A DNA stretch of 63,446 nt, counting the filler, from Octopus bimaculoides (lineage: Eukaryota): NCBI RefSeq assembly GCF_001194135.2. It is 11 parts of 10 records of this genome, joined end to end, with 100 filler letters (N's around TTAATTAATTAA, not from the genome) between each part and the next. Parts side by side here need not be neighbours in the genome. Positions count along the whole stretch, not along the records: positions 1 to 10,660 come from NC_069000.1; positions 10,761 to 15,726 come from NC_068991.1; 9 more parts are not named here. One strand, 5' to 3'. The notes beneath the pieces were generated by a model. The model did not search any database. It worked only from the letters and a program-made list of their open reading frames with translations, and had not been told where the DNA came from. Positions 1-13,372 of this stretch are shown here, one piece after another. The translations under genes were made by a program, and so were the position numbers. Numbering within the stretch: the first letter of the stretch is position 1; the number at the start of each line of letters is the position of its first letter.

Positions 1-341
1 TATATATATATATACATACATTTGTGTGTGTGCGTGTGCGCGTGTGATTCGGTGCGTGTGACACATTAATCTATCTCTGCGTGTTTATGCTGCCGATCCT
101 ACAATGCCTATCAATATCTATAAACATCTATAGACTGATATACTTCAGGATCACACAACACAAACGCATACATACACTCACACTCCTCACACACACATAT
201 CTGAATCTGCCAGGTTGCGTATCCTTCAATAACTAGGAACAACAATAAGCAACTTTATATTAAAATTTATCTGCAGATCACCCAGCACAAGAACATACAA
301 ATATAATGCCACAAAAACAAATCTACATACACATTTACATA

Positions 342-1540
342 TATCAAGTCATCCCGTAAGTTCTGTCCGATTTTCTCTTTTTTAAAATTGAATGAAATTT
401 AATAGTATTTTAGAATGTCTAATGGAATTAAAAATTATTTTTATGCATTTAAACTAATTAAATATTATTTTACAGAATAATAGAATTAAAATTTCTTTGA
501 TTAAAATCCTTTCTAACATGGAAGTATCCAAAGAGCATTTAAGGCACTTAATGCTTTATGAGTACAAAAAAGGAAACTCTGCAGCCGAATCAACCTCGAA
601 ACATACACACAGTTTACGAGAAAGAATGCTTGAAAGAAAGAACTCGCAGAAGATGGTTTGAAAAATTCAGAAGTGGAGATTTCAACCTTGAAGATGAAGA
701 TCGAACCAGACGTCCAGTTGAGTTTGATTATAAGCTCATTGAGGCATTACTTTAAGAAAATCCTGCATTAACAGTTGACGAATTGGCAATAAAGCTTAGT
801 TCAAACCATATAACTGTTCATCATCATCTTCAACAACTTGGAAAGGTTACTAAACTTGGAAAATGGGTGCCTCATGAATTTCCCGAAAGCAGCCGCAAAT
901 CCGGATTTGACATCTGCTCTTCTCTCCATTCTCGCGAACTCATTTCACCCTTTCTGGATAGACTTGTGACTGGTGACGATAAACGGATCTTCTATCGAAA
1001 TGTTAAATGTCGTAAACAGTGGCTTGGTAAAAGGGGAAAAGTTCAACCACAACCGAGAAGGGAACTTCATGGAAAAAAAAAGATTCTTCCCTCTGTCTGG
1101 TGTGATTGCAAAGGAGTACTTCACTTTGAATTGTTACCACCTAATGCAACAATCAATACTCAAGTCTACTGTCAGCAATTAGAGCGTTTGAACCAAGCTT
1201 TGAAGGAAAAAAAGACCCGCTTTAGTGAATAGAAAAAGAGTGATATATCATCAGGACAATGCGCCCATCCCATGTTGCAAAGATCACATCACAGAAGATC
1301 GAAGGGCTTGGTTGGGAAAAAATTCTTCATCCAACCAAATTTTCTCGACCTTGCTCCTTCAGATTGCCATTTATTTTGTAGTTTACAGAATCATTTGGAG
1401 GACATAACTTTCGCAAGCCAAGAGAAGGTCGAAACTGACATTTCAGAGTTCTTCGCTTTGAAACCAAAAGAGTTTTACATTGATAGGATTAAAAAGCTTG
1501 TAAATAAATGGAAGGAAGTCATAGACAATCAGGCAAAGTA
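342..1540 (+). mobile_element. Decayed mariner (Tc1/mariner, DD34D-type) transposon; left TIR present, 3' end truncated
   Basis: TA followed by a TIR-like TCAAGTCATCCCGTAAGTTCTGTCCGATTTT at 342-375. ATG at 518 (MEVSKEHLRHLMLYEYKKGNSAA). ORF pieces carry mariner motifs: WVPHE(F), LVTGDDK (first D), HQDNA (second D), DLAPSDCHLF (YSPDLAPSD motif), then IKKLVNKWKEVIDNQ. Premature stop at 753-755 and several frameshifts. No right TIR; unrelated sequence begins at about 1541. Confidence 0.93.
518..1540 (+). pseudogene. mariner transposase pseudogene
   Basis: Track ORFs 558-755, 783-1232, 1225-1407 and 1272-1571 join into one transposase broken by a stop and frameshifts. Confidence 0.9.
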
Positions 1541-1544
1541 CAGT

Positions 1545-1995
1545 TCCTATCAGTACAGGGGGTTCTACTGAAAAAATAGGTTCTACAGATTAGAGATTTG
1601 CTTGAGTAGCCTGGCCTTTCTACACCCCTAATTCTTAGTTTAAGCTTTTCTAGGGCCCTTCTAAAGTGGTACGCCGGTTCGTTTCTAGGGGTGGTGTCGA
1701 CAGAAACTTCTAAGGTCATATTTGTCTATGCCAGTCTAAGTAGGAGGCCCGGTTTCTCTGTATTGACACTGCGAAACTCCACTTCGCTATCGCTGATCAA
1801 CTCCACGCACTTCACTGCAAATCCACGTCGATGTATAGGTATATGGATACCACATCCATGCTGCCCACTATACATCCTGTCAGGTCTCAGGTGTTGTTAT
1901 AGTCGCTGATCCAGCTGGGGAGATTTTCTGTGCTATCACAAACATCTTGTGACATCTGCTGACATCTGGGCAATATGCCCATCTCCAAATAGAAC
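1545..1995 (-). mobile_element. Penelope-like element reverse transcriptase fragment (degenerate)
   Basis: Minus strand reads ...STENLPSWISDYNNT*DLTGCIVGSMDVVSIY(L)YIDVD, then after a frameshift FAVKCVELISDSEVEFRSVNTEKPGLLLRL. GSMDVVSIY (1865-1839) matches the PLE RT motif S(L/M)DV.SL(Y/F). Assignment is from motif memory. Confidence 0.6.
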
Positions 1996-2003
1996 AATAT
2001 ATG

Positions 2004-2009
<6 letters not shown>

Positions 2010-2051
<42 letters not shown>

Positions 2052-2318
2052 NNNNNNNNNNNNNNNNNNNNNNNNNNNNNNNNNNNNNNNNNNNNNNNNN
2101 NNNNNNNNNNNNNNNNNNNNNNNNNNNNNNNNNNNNNNNNNNNNNNNNNNNNNNNNNNNNNNNNNNNNNNNNNNNNNNNNNNNNNNNNNNNNNNNNNNNN
2201 NNNNNNNNNNNNNNNNNNNNNNNNNNNNNNNNNNNNNNNNNNNNNNNNNNNNNNNNNNNNNNNNNNNNNNNNNNNNNNNNNNNNNNNNNNNNNNNNNNNN
2301 NNNNNNNNNNNNNNNNNN

Positions 2319-2375
<57 letters not shown>

Positions 2376-2386
2376 CGCGCGCGTAC
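2010..2386. repeat. (TA)n and (GT)n microsatellites flanking an N gap
   Basis: Direct reading. Confidence 0.95.
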
Positions 2387-3495
2387 ATAATTCATTCAAT
2401 ATTACACTTGCTACATGGATCTAAACACAGATACTACCATTCACCCTTCTAAACAAAACCACAATAAACTTAAGATCTTCGACCATCAGCCCACAGTTAT
2501 AAACAAAACATTACTGATAGCATTAGGGAGGTTTTTCTGCACTGCAGCAAAATCTAATTAGAAAGTATGTTGAAAGACAAACTAAATTACTGAGAACATC
2601 CTATACAAAACAATATTTACCATAGAAACAGGAAGATAATACGATATAAACCTTCCTGTAGCATTAACGTATGATATCATTTCCCGAATCCTCTAGTTTT
2701 CGCATTTTAGGTTTAACATTTTGTAAGCAACTTACAAAGACTGAGTATATTAGCTCTATTGATAAATTAGCCACTGTAGCATTTGATTCTCGATATCAAG
2801 CTTGTGATTATCTTTCTTCTGAATCTATTATTTGTCTTTATATTATATATCTTCCATACATTCTCTCCGGTACGGAATACTGTAGTTATCTTTAGACTGA
2901 TGCCCTCACTGGGATTCTGTCTCTCTTTGGTTGAATTCTAAAGTATTATCGGCCTTGTTTTCTACTCCTCTCTCATCTCCGAGACACTGCTTCTATGCCT
3001 ATTCTATAGATACATCTATCTCTACTTATATATTTGTTCATATTTCGTCCAAGCAGATTCGAACATGAATATGTTAATTGCTGCTCTATCCTGTCAATGT
3101 AGAACAACAACTTCTTTCACCATGTACATAGTTTATTCGATTTATCTCTATGAATGCTATTATGCAAGACTGTATCCTCTTAACGTTACTTATCACGGGA
3201 CTCGGCCTTCTTCTGATTTTCATAATTACACTATACTGTCCTTTCCCCAAAGAAGTATTTCTATTCTAGGAGCTTCTTATCTCAAGCCTATGCCTTATGC
3301 AAGCCTTTGTCATTCGCTTCATTTCGTTTCTCCAAATAAATATGGTCAAAATTCTTATAAACCTTGTCTTTATTGTTTCATGAACTTTTGGACAGTTTGT
3401 CATTAGATGTCTTTCTGTTTCTTTCGTGACTCCCAACATACAAAGTGGTTGCTTCAGGCCTGCTTTACTTCTAATTACTTGCCGCTTTGCCAGAA

Positions 3496-3543
3496 ATAAT
3501 AATAATAATAATGATAATAATAATAATAATAATAATAATCATC

Positions 3544-3626
<83 letters not shown>

Positions 3627-3714
3627 AAGAAGAAGAAGAAGAAGAAGAAGAAGAAGAACAACAACAACAACAACAACAACAACAAAAATAATAATAATAA
3701 TAATAATAATAATA
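3496..3714. repeat. Compound trinucleotide microsatellite (AAT)n-(AAG)n-(AAC)n-(AAT)n
   Basis: Direct reading; explains the poly-N/K/I/R ORFs. Confidence 0.97.
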
Positions 3715-5019
3715 GAAAATGAACATGAGAAGGACACGCTTCCTCACTCTATAAAATATTTAACAACAATTCTATAGAAAATAATTAGTTTGGATATCAT
3801 AAACTCATAAACTCACAGATTTCCAACTCGTAGCAAGCACATAAATATATCGCACAATCAAAACAACTTGAACGCAAATAGAGGAATACACTAGACTGCT
3901 CCTTTAATGAAAGTTTCGTATCGAAGATGCTGTCTTATAATGATGATAATAAGATCTAAAAATTGAATTGACTTAGGATATTCAATACGCTGTGTGAAAA
4001 GAAAACTGCATACGGAGCTTACGGTAATAAAAGTAATTTATCATCCCCATCAGTGAATATATTGTACCCCCAATAAATCATACACTGCGTCGGCAACGGA
4101 TGCAGTTTATACATAATTGTAATGATTGAAACAATATTTCTGATAATGCGTTTAATAAGAGAGACAAGATCATTTTCCCTTATTGTATTTTTTACAGCTC
4201 GTAAACACACCTCTGTACTGTCTAGGACAGCGAGAAGAAAAGAAAGAGAAAAGAGATAAGAATAAGTCTAGTCTGTCGAAAGAAAAGTGGTGAGATGTCC
4301 CTTACAAATAAGCACCTAAACCTGGTGGAGTGCCTGAAATTCATAACATTTGGACTGAAGTCTTACAACCTACTTAATATGACGATGAACCTACAATAAA
4401 ACAAAACAAATAGTATGTCAACAGAAGATATTTATGACGAATATTAAGAGCCCCTGTAAAATAAGATGGTCCATGAACTGTGCAGATTATGTTGAACTCT
4501 TCAATGTGTTGCTAAATACGAAAATACTCTTAAGAAAATCCAGAGAACCCGGTCGGTATATAATGATGGAGGAAAGTGGTCAGACTTATAGAATGATCTG
4601 ATCTTATCTAGATGGTACTATCTTAGTGTCGGCGGGATTGTTTTATTTTATATTTAGTAAATTTTAAATGAATCAATACGTTGTTTTACGTTTTTGTCAC
4701 ACCCATCTATTTATCATATATACTTATACAAGAGTGTACATAAACATCTACGTTGTAACTCTTTGAAACAGATTTATCACGTACCTGGTTCCTTGTGGCC
4801 AATAGAAATGCAATAATTATAGTTAGTAGCTGCATTCTTGTTGAGATTGCTTTATTTATTTATTTGTTTGTTTCAGTTTGGTGTTCTTCTATTCATGTTT
4901 GGTTGCGATTGATGTTAAATCATAGCTCAAGCATGACTGAGCAGATCCATGATGACCAAAAGCATACTAGCAATGAGCACTCCGTCTCTCTCTCTCTCTC
5001 TCTCTCTCTGAAATTTCTT

Positions 5020-5606
5020 ATCTAGGACTTCATTGGGGTCGATGTAATCGACTTAACGTTTTCCCTGAATTTACTAGCTTTGTGCGAAATTTTGAAAGCA
5101 ATATCTAGGACTACGTTATCAAATATGTCCCTCACCGTTTTATGGTGATGCTGTTGCGGGTGGTGGCGATAGTAACGCTTGTAGTATAAGTGTAATATGA
5201 AGACGATTCGATTTTATACGTAGGAAGTTGAACGGAGCGTGGAAATATTCTTATTACTCGTTGATCTAATACTTTGTACTACGGATATACATTTGTGGTG
5301 GGAGGAGATGGGGCCTAGTCGATTACATTGCCCCTAATGCTCCACTAGTACCTATTTTAGAAACCCTGCAATGATGAATGGCAAAGTCGATACTGGTAGA
5401 ATTTGAACTCAGAATGAAAAGATAGACGAAATGCTATTAAACACTTTCTCCGACGCGGTAACGATTCCACCAACTCGCGAATCTACTCGTTGATCCAGTC
5501 GTAGACCAACTCGTTACTAATAATAGTTGTTGTTTTTGCTGTTGTTGTTGTTGTTGTTGCTCTTTGTGGTTGTTGTTACTAATGTTTTATTTGATGATTA
5601 TTAATT

Positions 5607-5644
<38 letters not shown>

Positions 5645-5850
5645 TGTCCCCCTAATCATCATCATCATTGTCCTCCTCCCCATCATCATCAAGGCATTGT
5701 ATTTGAGTAGTTTTAATATTTAGATACTGATATTTGCGTCCGCAGTTCAAATCCCGGTAAGGCCAACATGACTTTCAGCCTTTTCAGGGTCGATAAAACA
5801 GGAATTACTGAATATCTGTCGGGTAATTCAAACGATTGCACACCCAGTTC
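5020..5850. mobile_element. Three degenerate fragments of tRNA-derived SINE family D
   Basis: GGGGTCGATGTAATCGAC (5036), GAATTTGAACTCAGAA (5399, minus copy) and GTTCAAATCCCGG...GGGTCGATAAA (5746, plus copy) match the better copies at 23571 and 24641. Confidence 0.7.
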
Positions 5851-5949
5851 CCTTATACCAATGTTAGAAATCGTTGTTGAAATGTCTCTAAGCAGTTCAG
5901 CTTGTCTTTTGCCGTCATGCACCACCGAACCCAGCCCTGTGTATTTCGT

Positions 5950-6290
5950 ATCCATTCACTGTTTTCTGCTTGTTTCATTCTATTGGTGTCTTTTCTAAGT
6001 AATCTGTATTAAGCGCCAGGTACTGCTCTTTTCTATGTTGTGTAAATGTGTCAGAAGTTTCTTTACACGACTCTCTGCTCATTTCTCAAAATTATTCCTA
6101 AAGATTCTTTTAACGTAGGAAGGCTTTTGTTTTCTATCCATACTATTTGACTCTTTCTATTTCGAAATTTTCATTTTTAGATAATTCCTCCATTTCTTTG
6201 AGAAATATATTGCTGTCTATTGGAACTGATACAGCAATTAATCGTCCTTATATTTCTGGTGGTCAAGCACCAATATCGAACTATATTCAT
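5950..6290 (-). mobile_element. R4/Dong-like (REL endonuclease) LINE 3' fragment, degenerate
   Basis: Minus strand gives SILVLDHQK, LIAVSVPIDSNIFLKEMEELSKNENFEIE and LHNIEK, matching the PDIVV.D...LIDVSIP.D.N..LKEMEKLSKYKDLEIE...NIQK pattern of R4-type REL domains. Confidence 0.7.
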
Positions 6291-6869
6291 TGACCTTACT
6301 TTGTGTGTCTGCGTGTGTGTAGATTGGCATACATCGACAGAGTAAGATCTACTTTATGATTTTCGCAGAAACTTCAGTTTAATTTCTAAAAAGTAAACAA
6401 CAAACAAGCATACAAGACATGATAAAAGAAAAAAGCAACAACATATTTTCTGAATTTTTTTTTCTTTCTTTTTTTGCCAAAGGAATCATAAATAATTTGC
6501 ATAAGATTGAGTTAAGGCCTGTCTGAAGCAATAACTAGTGGTAAAAGATGATGTCTGGGAATGAATTAGCAGTTAAACTTTAGCCTAAACCTCGGAGCGA
6601 AAACTTCACATTAATCTAGAATAAAATATAAAATATCTAAAGTTTGTGCCGTTTAAGTTTCTCGAACTCATTATTTTTTCACTGCCTCTTTTATTATATG
6701 CATTCTCTTCAAAACTAAGCACAGCTCTTCCAGCTTTGACATGACCAATGTTTTGTTTTTGTATTTTCTATTGTACTGAAAATATGGTCAATATTTACCA
6801 GTACTATTTTCTGAATTTGATGTATATTATTAAGTCCTTGTATTTTAGTCAGGTATTTGTTTAATTTTA

Positions 6870-7290
6870 AGTACTCTCAAACCAGAGATTGCCTGCTTTT
6901 CTCTCCCATTTATTTATGTCTATCTCCAGATATTTACATTTGGATAATTTATCCACTTCTTTGAAGTAGTATTATCTTCTGTCTACTTCGATTGGAAAGC
7001 TTTACGTTTCCTGGTCATCGCTGACAACAATATCCGGCTTTTTTTTGCCTTAATCTCTCTGTGCGCCATGCTATATCCTACAAAACGGTCGCTTGGTCAT
7101 TCCTTGACACATTCCAAATGTATATTTATGATACCGCTTTTATTATTATCATTATTTCATTACACTAATATAATTTCCAATGAATTAGATCCTCATCTCT
7201 GTCATGTCTGTGAATGTATCCCTTTTAGCCAAGACAGCAGCTTGAGGCAATGCGAATAATTACCGCCTCTCAGCCTCCAGATATTCTGCA
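6870..7290 (-). mobile_element. Second R4/Dong-like LINE C-terminal fragment (RHD motif plus REL domain)
   Basis: Minus strand gives YIHRHDRDEDLIHWKL, then HREIKA and KPDIVVSDDQE...FKEVDKLSKCKYLEID, with frameshifts and stops. Confidence 0.78.
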
Positions 7291-9070
7291 ATTATCTAAT
7301 TACTATTATCTTTGTTATTTGGGTTAATTTCTATGAATACTCTTTTAAAATTCTGAAGCATTTAGATACTGAAAATACAGTACAAAATATCTCCGTTCTT
7401 TTCTCTTAGCATTTCTGAACATCTGTAAGAATGGTTCTCTTTGAAATTAAAATAAACGAAAACCCGCGAGGAGTCACTTGCCTTGAGGTGGTTGAAAGGG
7501 AAGAACAAAAACAGAAAATCGGACAACAAAAGACAGCTTTAGACGTTTGAAAAAATGAATCTGACACGAAGTGGACATTATGAATTGTCTAAGAATTGAA
7601 ACATTTAGAGATTGATTTGTTTCCATGTTTTGATATAATACATTGATAATTAGTAGAGGTGGCATCCAGTATTTGCGTTATATAAACTGTAGACATTTAG
7701 AATATAAAGAATATTCACAAAATACATAATATAGATTAACCACACAGACTGTATATATTTAGGAAACAGAACATATAATTAGCTTGTAGACCAAATATGC
7801 GCATGTGTGTGTGTGTTTGTGTCTGTGTGCGCGGATGCGTGTAATTATATGCGTGTAAGAACAGGGAGAGAGAGAAACAAAAAGCCAATCGTGTGTTGTC
7901 CACATTTTGTCGTCTCTTGTTGCAAAAAGCATTAGAAGTTTCATAACTTTCTAGACTTGGATCCCTGGATCGAACTAAAATGTAATTGTAGGGATTTGAA
8001 TTAAAACCTCATCATTGCAACATATATTTTTCGGTATGCATTTATGTACATACATACATACATACATGCATACATAAATACATACATATAATACAAGGTA
8101 GAAGGAATAGGCTTTAATCCAAATCATTTCAAAAGTTTCTGTGCATTAGCATCAGTTAAATGCTGAGTATTTCACGTATTATACATATGATCATATAAAT
8201 ATGATCCAGCAATAGCTGTTTACCTGCATGTCATCAGGTGAGTGGGTTTGGGAGTACAGCTAGATCGCCTATAGTTTCTCATAATTTCATACCGATATAT
8301 ATATATATACATATATATNNNNNNNNNNNNNNNNNNNNNNNNNNNNNNNNNNNNNNNNNNNNNNNNNNNNNNNNNNNNNNNNNNNNNNNNNNNNNNNNNN
8401 NNNNNNNNNNNNNNNNNNNNNNNNNNNNNNNNNNNNNNNNNNNNNNNNNNNNNNNNNNNNNNNNNNNNNNNNNNNNNNNNNNNNNNNNNNNNNNNNNNNN
8501 NNNNNNNNNNNNNNNNNNNNNNNNNNNNNNNNNNNNNNNNNNNNNNNNNNNNNNNNNNNNNNNNNNNNNNNNNNNNNNNNNNNNNNNNNNNNNNNNNNNN
8601 NNNNNNNNNNNNNNNNNNNNNNATGTTTTATTTATATTCCTGTAAAACCAATGTGGGATATAGAATATGGAATATACAATATATAATATAATATACAATA
8701 TATAATATAAAATAAAAATGGATGGTACTATGAAATAAAGTATTGAATGTCTTATTGAATATATGGAATATGTCTTATTGAATAGATGAAATATTGAGTG
8801 TTCAATATAAAGGATTAAATATATAAAGGCGAATACGTATTTTCTATACCTTGTGGTATTTCATCATGGCCGGTATGACAGACTTTTAACACTATATATG
8901 TGTGTGTGTGTGTGAGTCTCCGATGAAACTATAAGGTTTTACTGAAGTACGCAACCATGAGTCCACTGTATCTCATTTCATAGCAGTAACAACTGTAAAC
9001 TAATGAAGTTTATAAGATAATCGTTTATTCCTTTGTCATTTCTTTTTCCTATGCATACTTGCATACATAC

Positions 9071-9115
<45 letters not shown>

Positions 9116-9249
9116 NNNNNNNNNNNNNNNNNNNNNNNNNNNNNNNNNNNNNNNNNNNNNNNNNNNNNNNNNNNNNNNNNNNNNNNNNNNNNNNNNNNNN
9201 NNNNNNNNNNNNNNNNNNNNNNATATATACGCACCCATCCAAACATATT

Positions 9250-9456
9250 GGCTTTAATTTTGGCACAAGGCTAGAAATTTCGGGCGAGTGGCTAAGAGAT
9301 TACACAGACCTCACTCAACGGGTACTTCATTTAGGGATCCCAAAAGGTTGAAAGTCAAAGATGACTTTAGTGGCATTTGAACTTAGAAAGTAATGTTTGA
9401 AGAAATGCCGCTAAGAATTTTGTCTCGTGTGCTTACGATTCTGCCAGCTCACCGCA
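9250..9456 (-). mobile_element. tRNA-derived SINE family D copy
   Basis: GGCACAAGG tail, ATTTGAACTTAGAA B-box region, and ACGATTCTGCCAGCTCACCGC head. Confidence 0.8.
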
Positions 9457-10059
9457 TTAATATACATATTAATGTCTAGCCTTTGCATAAAACTGCAAAG
9501 CATTTTCTGTAATATCGAACTGGATATTTCTTTTCTTTTCTTCTTTATATTTTTTCTTCTGCGAGGAAACGATTGACGATGGTTTCAAAGTTTCGTCTCA
9601 TTTGCCTTCAACAAACTAAAAAGTACTTTAGCTTTAAAATTTTAAATATTTTAGGAATCATATTGTGGGTGGATCATAGAGTTTGCAAAGGGTGTGCGAT
9701 TTAACAGTGTATACTTGTAGCATAAGAATAAAACATCTTCATGAATAGATTCATTTCATGAGCAGAAATCAGATGTTAAATCCTCTCAGACCCACCAAAC
9801 TACTCACATACACTGAATATGTCTGTTAATGCACATTTAAAAAGGTACGGGTCACTGGCAGAATTACAAAATAATGGAGATATATAGGAAGCGAGAGAAT
9901 CTAAAACCCAGCTAGAAGAATATTTTAGCAGCCTTAGAGAGAGAGGAGGAAATGTTGCGATTAGGTCTTCAATGTGTTAACAATTTAATGGCACTATAGA
10001 CTCTATGAATATGAACTGGGCAACAAATGGGCTTGTACAATACAACAAACATCAACTCA

Positions 10060-10084
10060 GACAAACAGACAGACAGATAGAAAG

Positions 10085-10141
<57 letters not shown>

Positions 10142-10169
10142 TGACAGACAGACAGACAGACAGACAAAC

Positions 10170-10221
<52 letters not shown>

Positions 10222-10265
10222 TGACAGACAGAAAGACAGACAGACAGACAGACAGACATACAAAC

Positions 10266-10318
<53 letters not shown>
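10060..10318. repeat. (GATA)n/(GACA)n compound microsatellite with repeated block structure
   Basis: Direct reading; GATA blocks alternate with TTGACA(GACA)n blocks. Confidence 0.95.
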
Positions 10319-10704
10319 CTGTCACGTTTATTCACAGAGAAAACACTGTCTATGGATGTGAATATTTATTAATATGCGGGTTAAATATATGTCTATGTAC
10401 ATATATATAAGACTCTAACTCCCGAAACTTCGCCAATTTTTTATTTTATATATTCTTCATTTCATGGTGTTCTCATCCACGTTTTTCCAAATAAACATAT
10501 ACTTGACTTAATAGGATCCGCGGAAGCTATAAGGTGATGCACATGCACTCTGCTGTAAGTGCATTACATCATATACCAGAAACAGCGGTAAGCCCTGTAA
10601 GGCTCTGTATATATGTATGGATCTTGGCCATGTGTGCTTCGCTACAGCTCCGGGACGACCNNNNNNNNNNNNNNNNNNNNNNNNNNNNNNNNNNNNNNNN
10701 NNNN

Positions 10705-10716
10705 TTAATTAATTAA
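10705..10716. other. Artificial gap linker TTAATTAATTAA (first of ten)
   Basis: Here the 12-mer is centred in a 100-bp gap (44 N + 12 + 44 N). It recurs inside N runs at 15771, 26631, 36362, 38933, 41108, 43707, 54092, 60529 and 62174 and gives stops in all six frames. Confidence 0.95.
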
Positions 10717-10760
10717 NNNNNNNNNNNNNNNNNNNNNNNNNNNNNNNNNNNNNNNNNNNN

Positions 10761-10793
<33 letters not shown>

Positions 10794-11364
10794 ATTTAAA
10801 TAACAGCCATAACGCAACTTGAAATCCTTGTTAGAGTACCTGCGTAAAAGAAATCTGGAATGGCTAGTTTGCACTGGCATCAAGTTTTATATATTGTAAT
10901 AATGAAGTCAAGCCAAGTAGCGATATTTTGAAATCATTAAATATATGTATTTCAGGTCTGGCACATATATATTAAGAGATGCATCCATTATTAGGGTCTT
11001 CCTCAATTAAAATAGTGCAAAATATAAAACCAGCTGATGAAAATAGTTCCAGTGTGTATGGTTAGAGCAATGGAGGCCGTCTACTAAGTAAGGAGAATGA
11101 ATATGAACAGAGGGAGAAGGAGAAGAGAGACAGAGAGAAAGAGAGATGGAGAAAGAAAGAAAGAAAGAGAAAGAGAGAGAGTGAAAGAGAGAGAGAGAAG
11201 AGTAAAACGGAGATATGTAAAATGAAGTTGTGGGGAAGGAAAAAGAGGGACGGAAAGTGTACAAGAGAATGGTACTGAAAGGAAAGGGGAAGGGTGTATC
11301 GGTAAGTTTACACAGAAGACTCGAGGGAAAAGGTATGGATTGGAGAAATGAGAAGGTGATGAAA

Positions 11365-11985
11365 TTGGAGGAGGAGGAGGAGGAGGAGGAGGAGAAGAAG
11401 AAGAAGAAGAAGAAGAAGAAGAAGAAGAAGAAGAAGAAAGGGAAGAAGAATGGGAAGAAGAAGAAGAAAAAGAAGAAAGGGAAGAAGAAGAAAAAGAAGA
11501 AGAAGGAGGAGGAGGAGGAGAAGAAGAAGAGGAAGAAATAGATGAAGAAGAAGAAGAAGAAGAAGAGAAGAAGAAGAAGAAGAAGAGTAGAAGGGGAACA
11601 AGAAGAAGAAGGGAAGAAGAAGAAGAAGAAGAAGAAGAAGAGGAAGAATAGAGAAGTAGAGGAAGAAGAAGAAGAATAGAGAAGAAGAAGAAGAAGAAGA
11701 AGAAGAAGAAGAAGAAGAAGAAGAAGAAGAAGGTGAAGGAGAAGAAAAGTAGAAGGGGAACAAGAAGAAGAAGAAGGGAAGAAGAAGAAGAAGAAGGGAA
11801 GAATAGAGAAGTAGAAGAAGAAGTAGAAGAATAGAGAAGAAGAAGAAGAAGAAGAAGAAGATTAGAAGGGGAAGAAGAAGAAGAAGAAGAAGAAGAAGAA
11901 GAAGAAGGGGAAGAAGAAGAAGGGGAAGAAGAAAGGGGAAGAAGAAAGGTGAAGAAGAAAAGGAAGAAGGGGAAGAAGAAGGAGT
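11365..11985. repeat. Long (GAA/GAG)n purine-rich degenerate microsatellite
   Basis: Direct reading; source of the poly-S/L/F/K/E ORFs. Confidence 0.97.
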
Positions 11986-12019
11986 CATAACTAACCATAT
12001 TTCACTCCTAGTTCTCATC

Positions 12020-12622
12020 TCATTTACAAAATATTACTGGTGTCGCCTAATCGATGAAGAACGCCGTCGTGACCTTCAAAATTGGATGAGGAACTCCAGG
12101 TAGACATGCTTCGGTCTGCTGGTTGGGAATTCTTATAGTAAAGGATATGGTTAATAATTGCTAAATAAATAATGCAAATATTTTAGAAATGGAAGTTTAT
12201 CTGAATCTCAGCTATGCAGAGAATACCGCTGAGAATCGGTTATTCTCTGGTTAGCTTTCGCATGAGTAAGATCAAAATGACAGACTTGTATGGCGAGAAT
12301 GGAATATCTGTGGTTTGGGTAAGATAGAAATTACACAAGTTAAGAAATATTACAAGAACATTTTAGACCAAAAAAAAATGAAACTCGAATAATAAAAGTA
12401 TCTGCTGAGACTGGAAGAATTCAACAAAAAATCGATAAAATGCCATAAAATGAAGAATAGATCTAGTGACAAGATAAGTGCTGAATGGAGTTTACCGAAA
12501 CGAAACAAATGCGAAACTCGACATTGAAAGATTTGCGCCAACCTGGCAGACAAATGACGTAAGGTTTCTTTCTGCAAGACAAGTTAAATAGATGGGTGTG
12601 GTGGGTGTTGTTGTTAAGATGC

Positions 12623-12653
<31 letters not shown>

Positions 12654-12656
12654 GTG

Positions 12657-12717
<61 letters not shown>

Positions 12718-12925
12718 TCCCTGTGGATAAATAATATCCAGAAAAAAATGGAAAACAAGAGAAAAGATCTGTCAATCCTTAATGAAACTAGTAGACAATC
12801 AACACTACTAAGCAACAAGAAGAGAACATTAATACTGTGTAAATACAAAATTACAGAAAAAAGTTTACCTGACGTAAAAAAACTCCAGTTAAAGCAAGAT
12901 ATCTTCACTAAAGCACAATGAAGAA
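12020..12925 (+). mobile_element. Decayed internal/5' ORF region of an R4/Dong-like LINE, split by a (GAT)n(AAT)n microsatellite
   Basis: 12720-12920 reads LWINNIQKKMENKRKDLSILNE...NKKRTLILCKYKITEKSLPDVKKLQLKQDIFTKAQ*, resembling the pre-RT region of R4/Dong ORFs. The upstream YYWCRLIDEERRRDLQNWMRNS and LLNK*CKYFRNGSLSESQL pieces are only loosely compatible with the N-terminal part. Confidence 0.5.
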
Positions 12926-12990
12926 TGAAGTAATGATTTGTAGGTCCGTGGCATTTCGTTATGAAATCTTAATAAAATATAAAGTATATT

Positions 12991-13372
12991 CTTTTCTAAT
13001 CTAGGTACAAGGCCCGAAAGGTTTGGCGAAGGGGCCAGTCAATTAGATCGACCCAGTACGCAGCTGGTACTTAATTTATCGTCCCCAAAAGATGAATTTG
13101 AACTCAGAACGTAAAGACAGATGAACTACCGCTAAGCATTTCGCCCGGTGTTCTAACGTTTCTTTTCTTCTCTAGGCAGAATGCCCGAAATTTTCGGGGA
13201 CGAGGCCAGTGGATTAGATCGATCCCAGTACGCAACTGGTACATAATTTATCGACCCAGAAATGATAAAATGCAAATTCGACCTCGGCGGAAATTGAACT
13301 CAACACCTAAAGACAGACAAAATACCGCTAAGCATTTGACTTGGCATACTAACGCTTCTGCCAGCTCACCGA
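12991..13372 (-). mobile_element. Two head-to-tail SINE family D copies
   Basis: Two sets of GTCGATTAGATCGAC-CCAGTACGCA.CTGGTAC and GAATTTGAACTCA motifs; junction at about 13163. Confidence 0.88.

Noticed and set aside
2650-3440. Pyrimidine-skewed block that may be an antisense LINE remnant
   Set aside because: I could not recover a diagnostic motif by hand; it needs tBLASTx or RepeatMasker.
11084-12018. Long ORFs of 304 and 236 aa, and similar poly-residue ORFs elsewhere
   Set aside because: Translations of trinucleotide or dinucleotide microsatellites with no protein-like complexity.
12051-12064. TCGATGAAGAACGC, matching a conserved 5.8S rRNA word
   Set aside because: Only 14 nt match and the flanks are not rRNA-like.
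12012-12100. Apparent exon AG|...LISFTKYYWCRLIDEERRRDLQNWMRNS|GT
   Set aside because: The splice sites are plausible, but it lies upstream of and in the same orientation as decayed R4/Dong-like ORF sequence, so a LINE origin is more likely. RNA-seq could overturn this.
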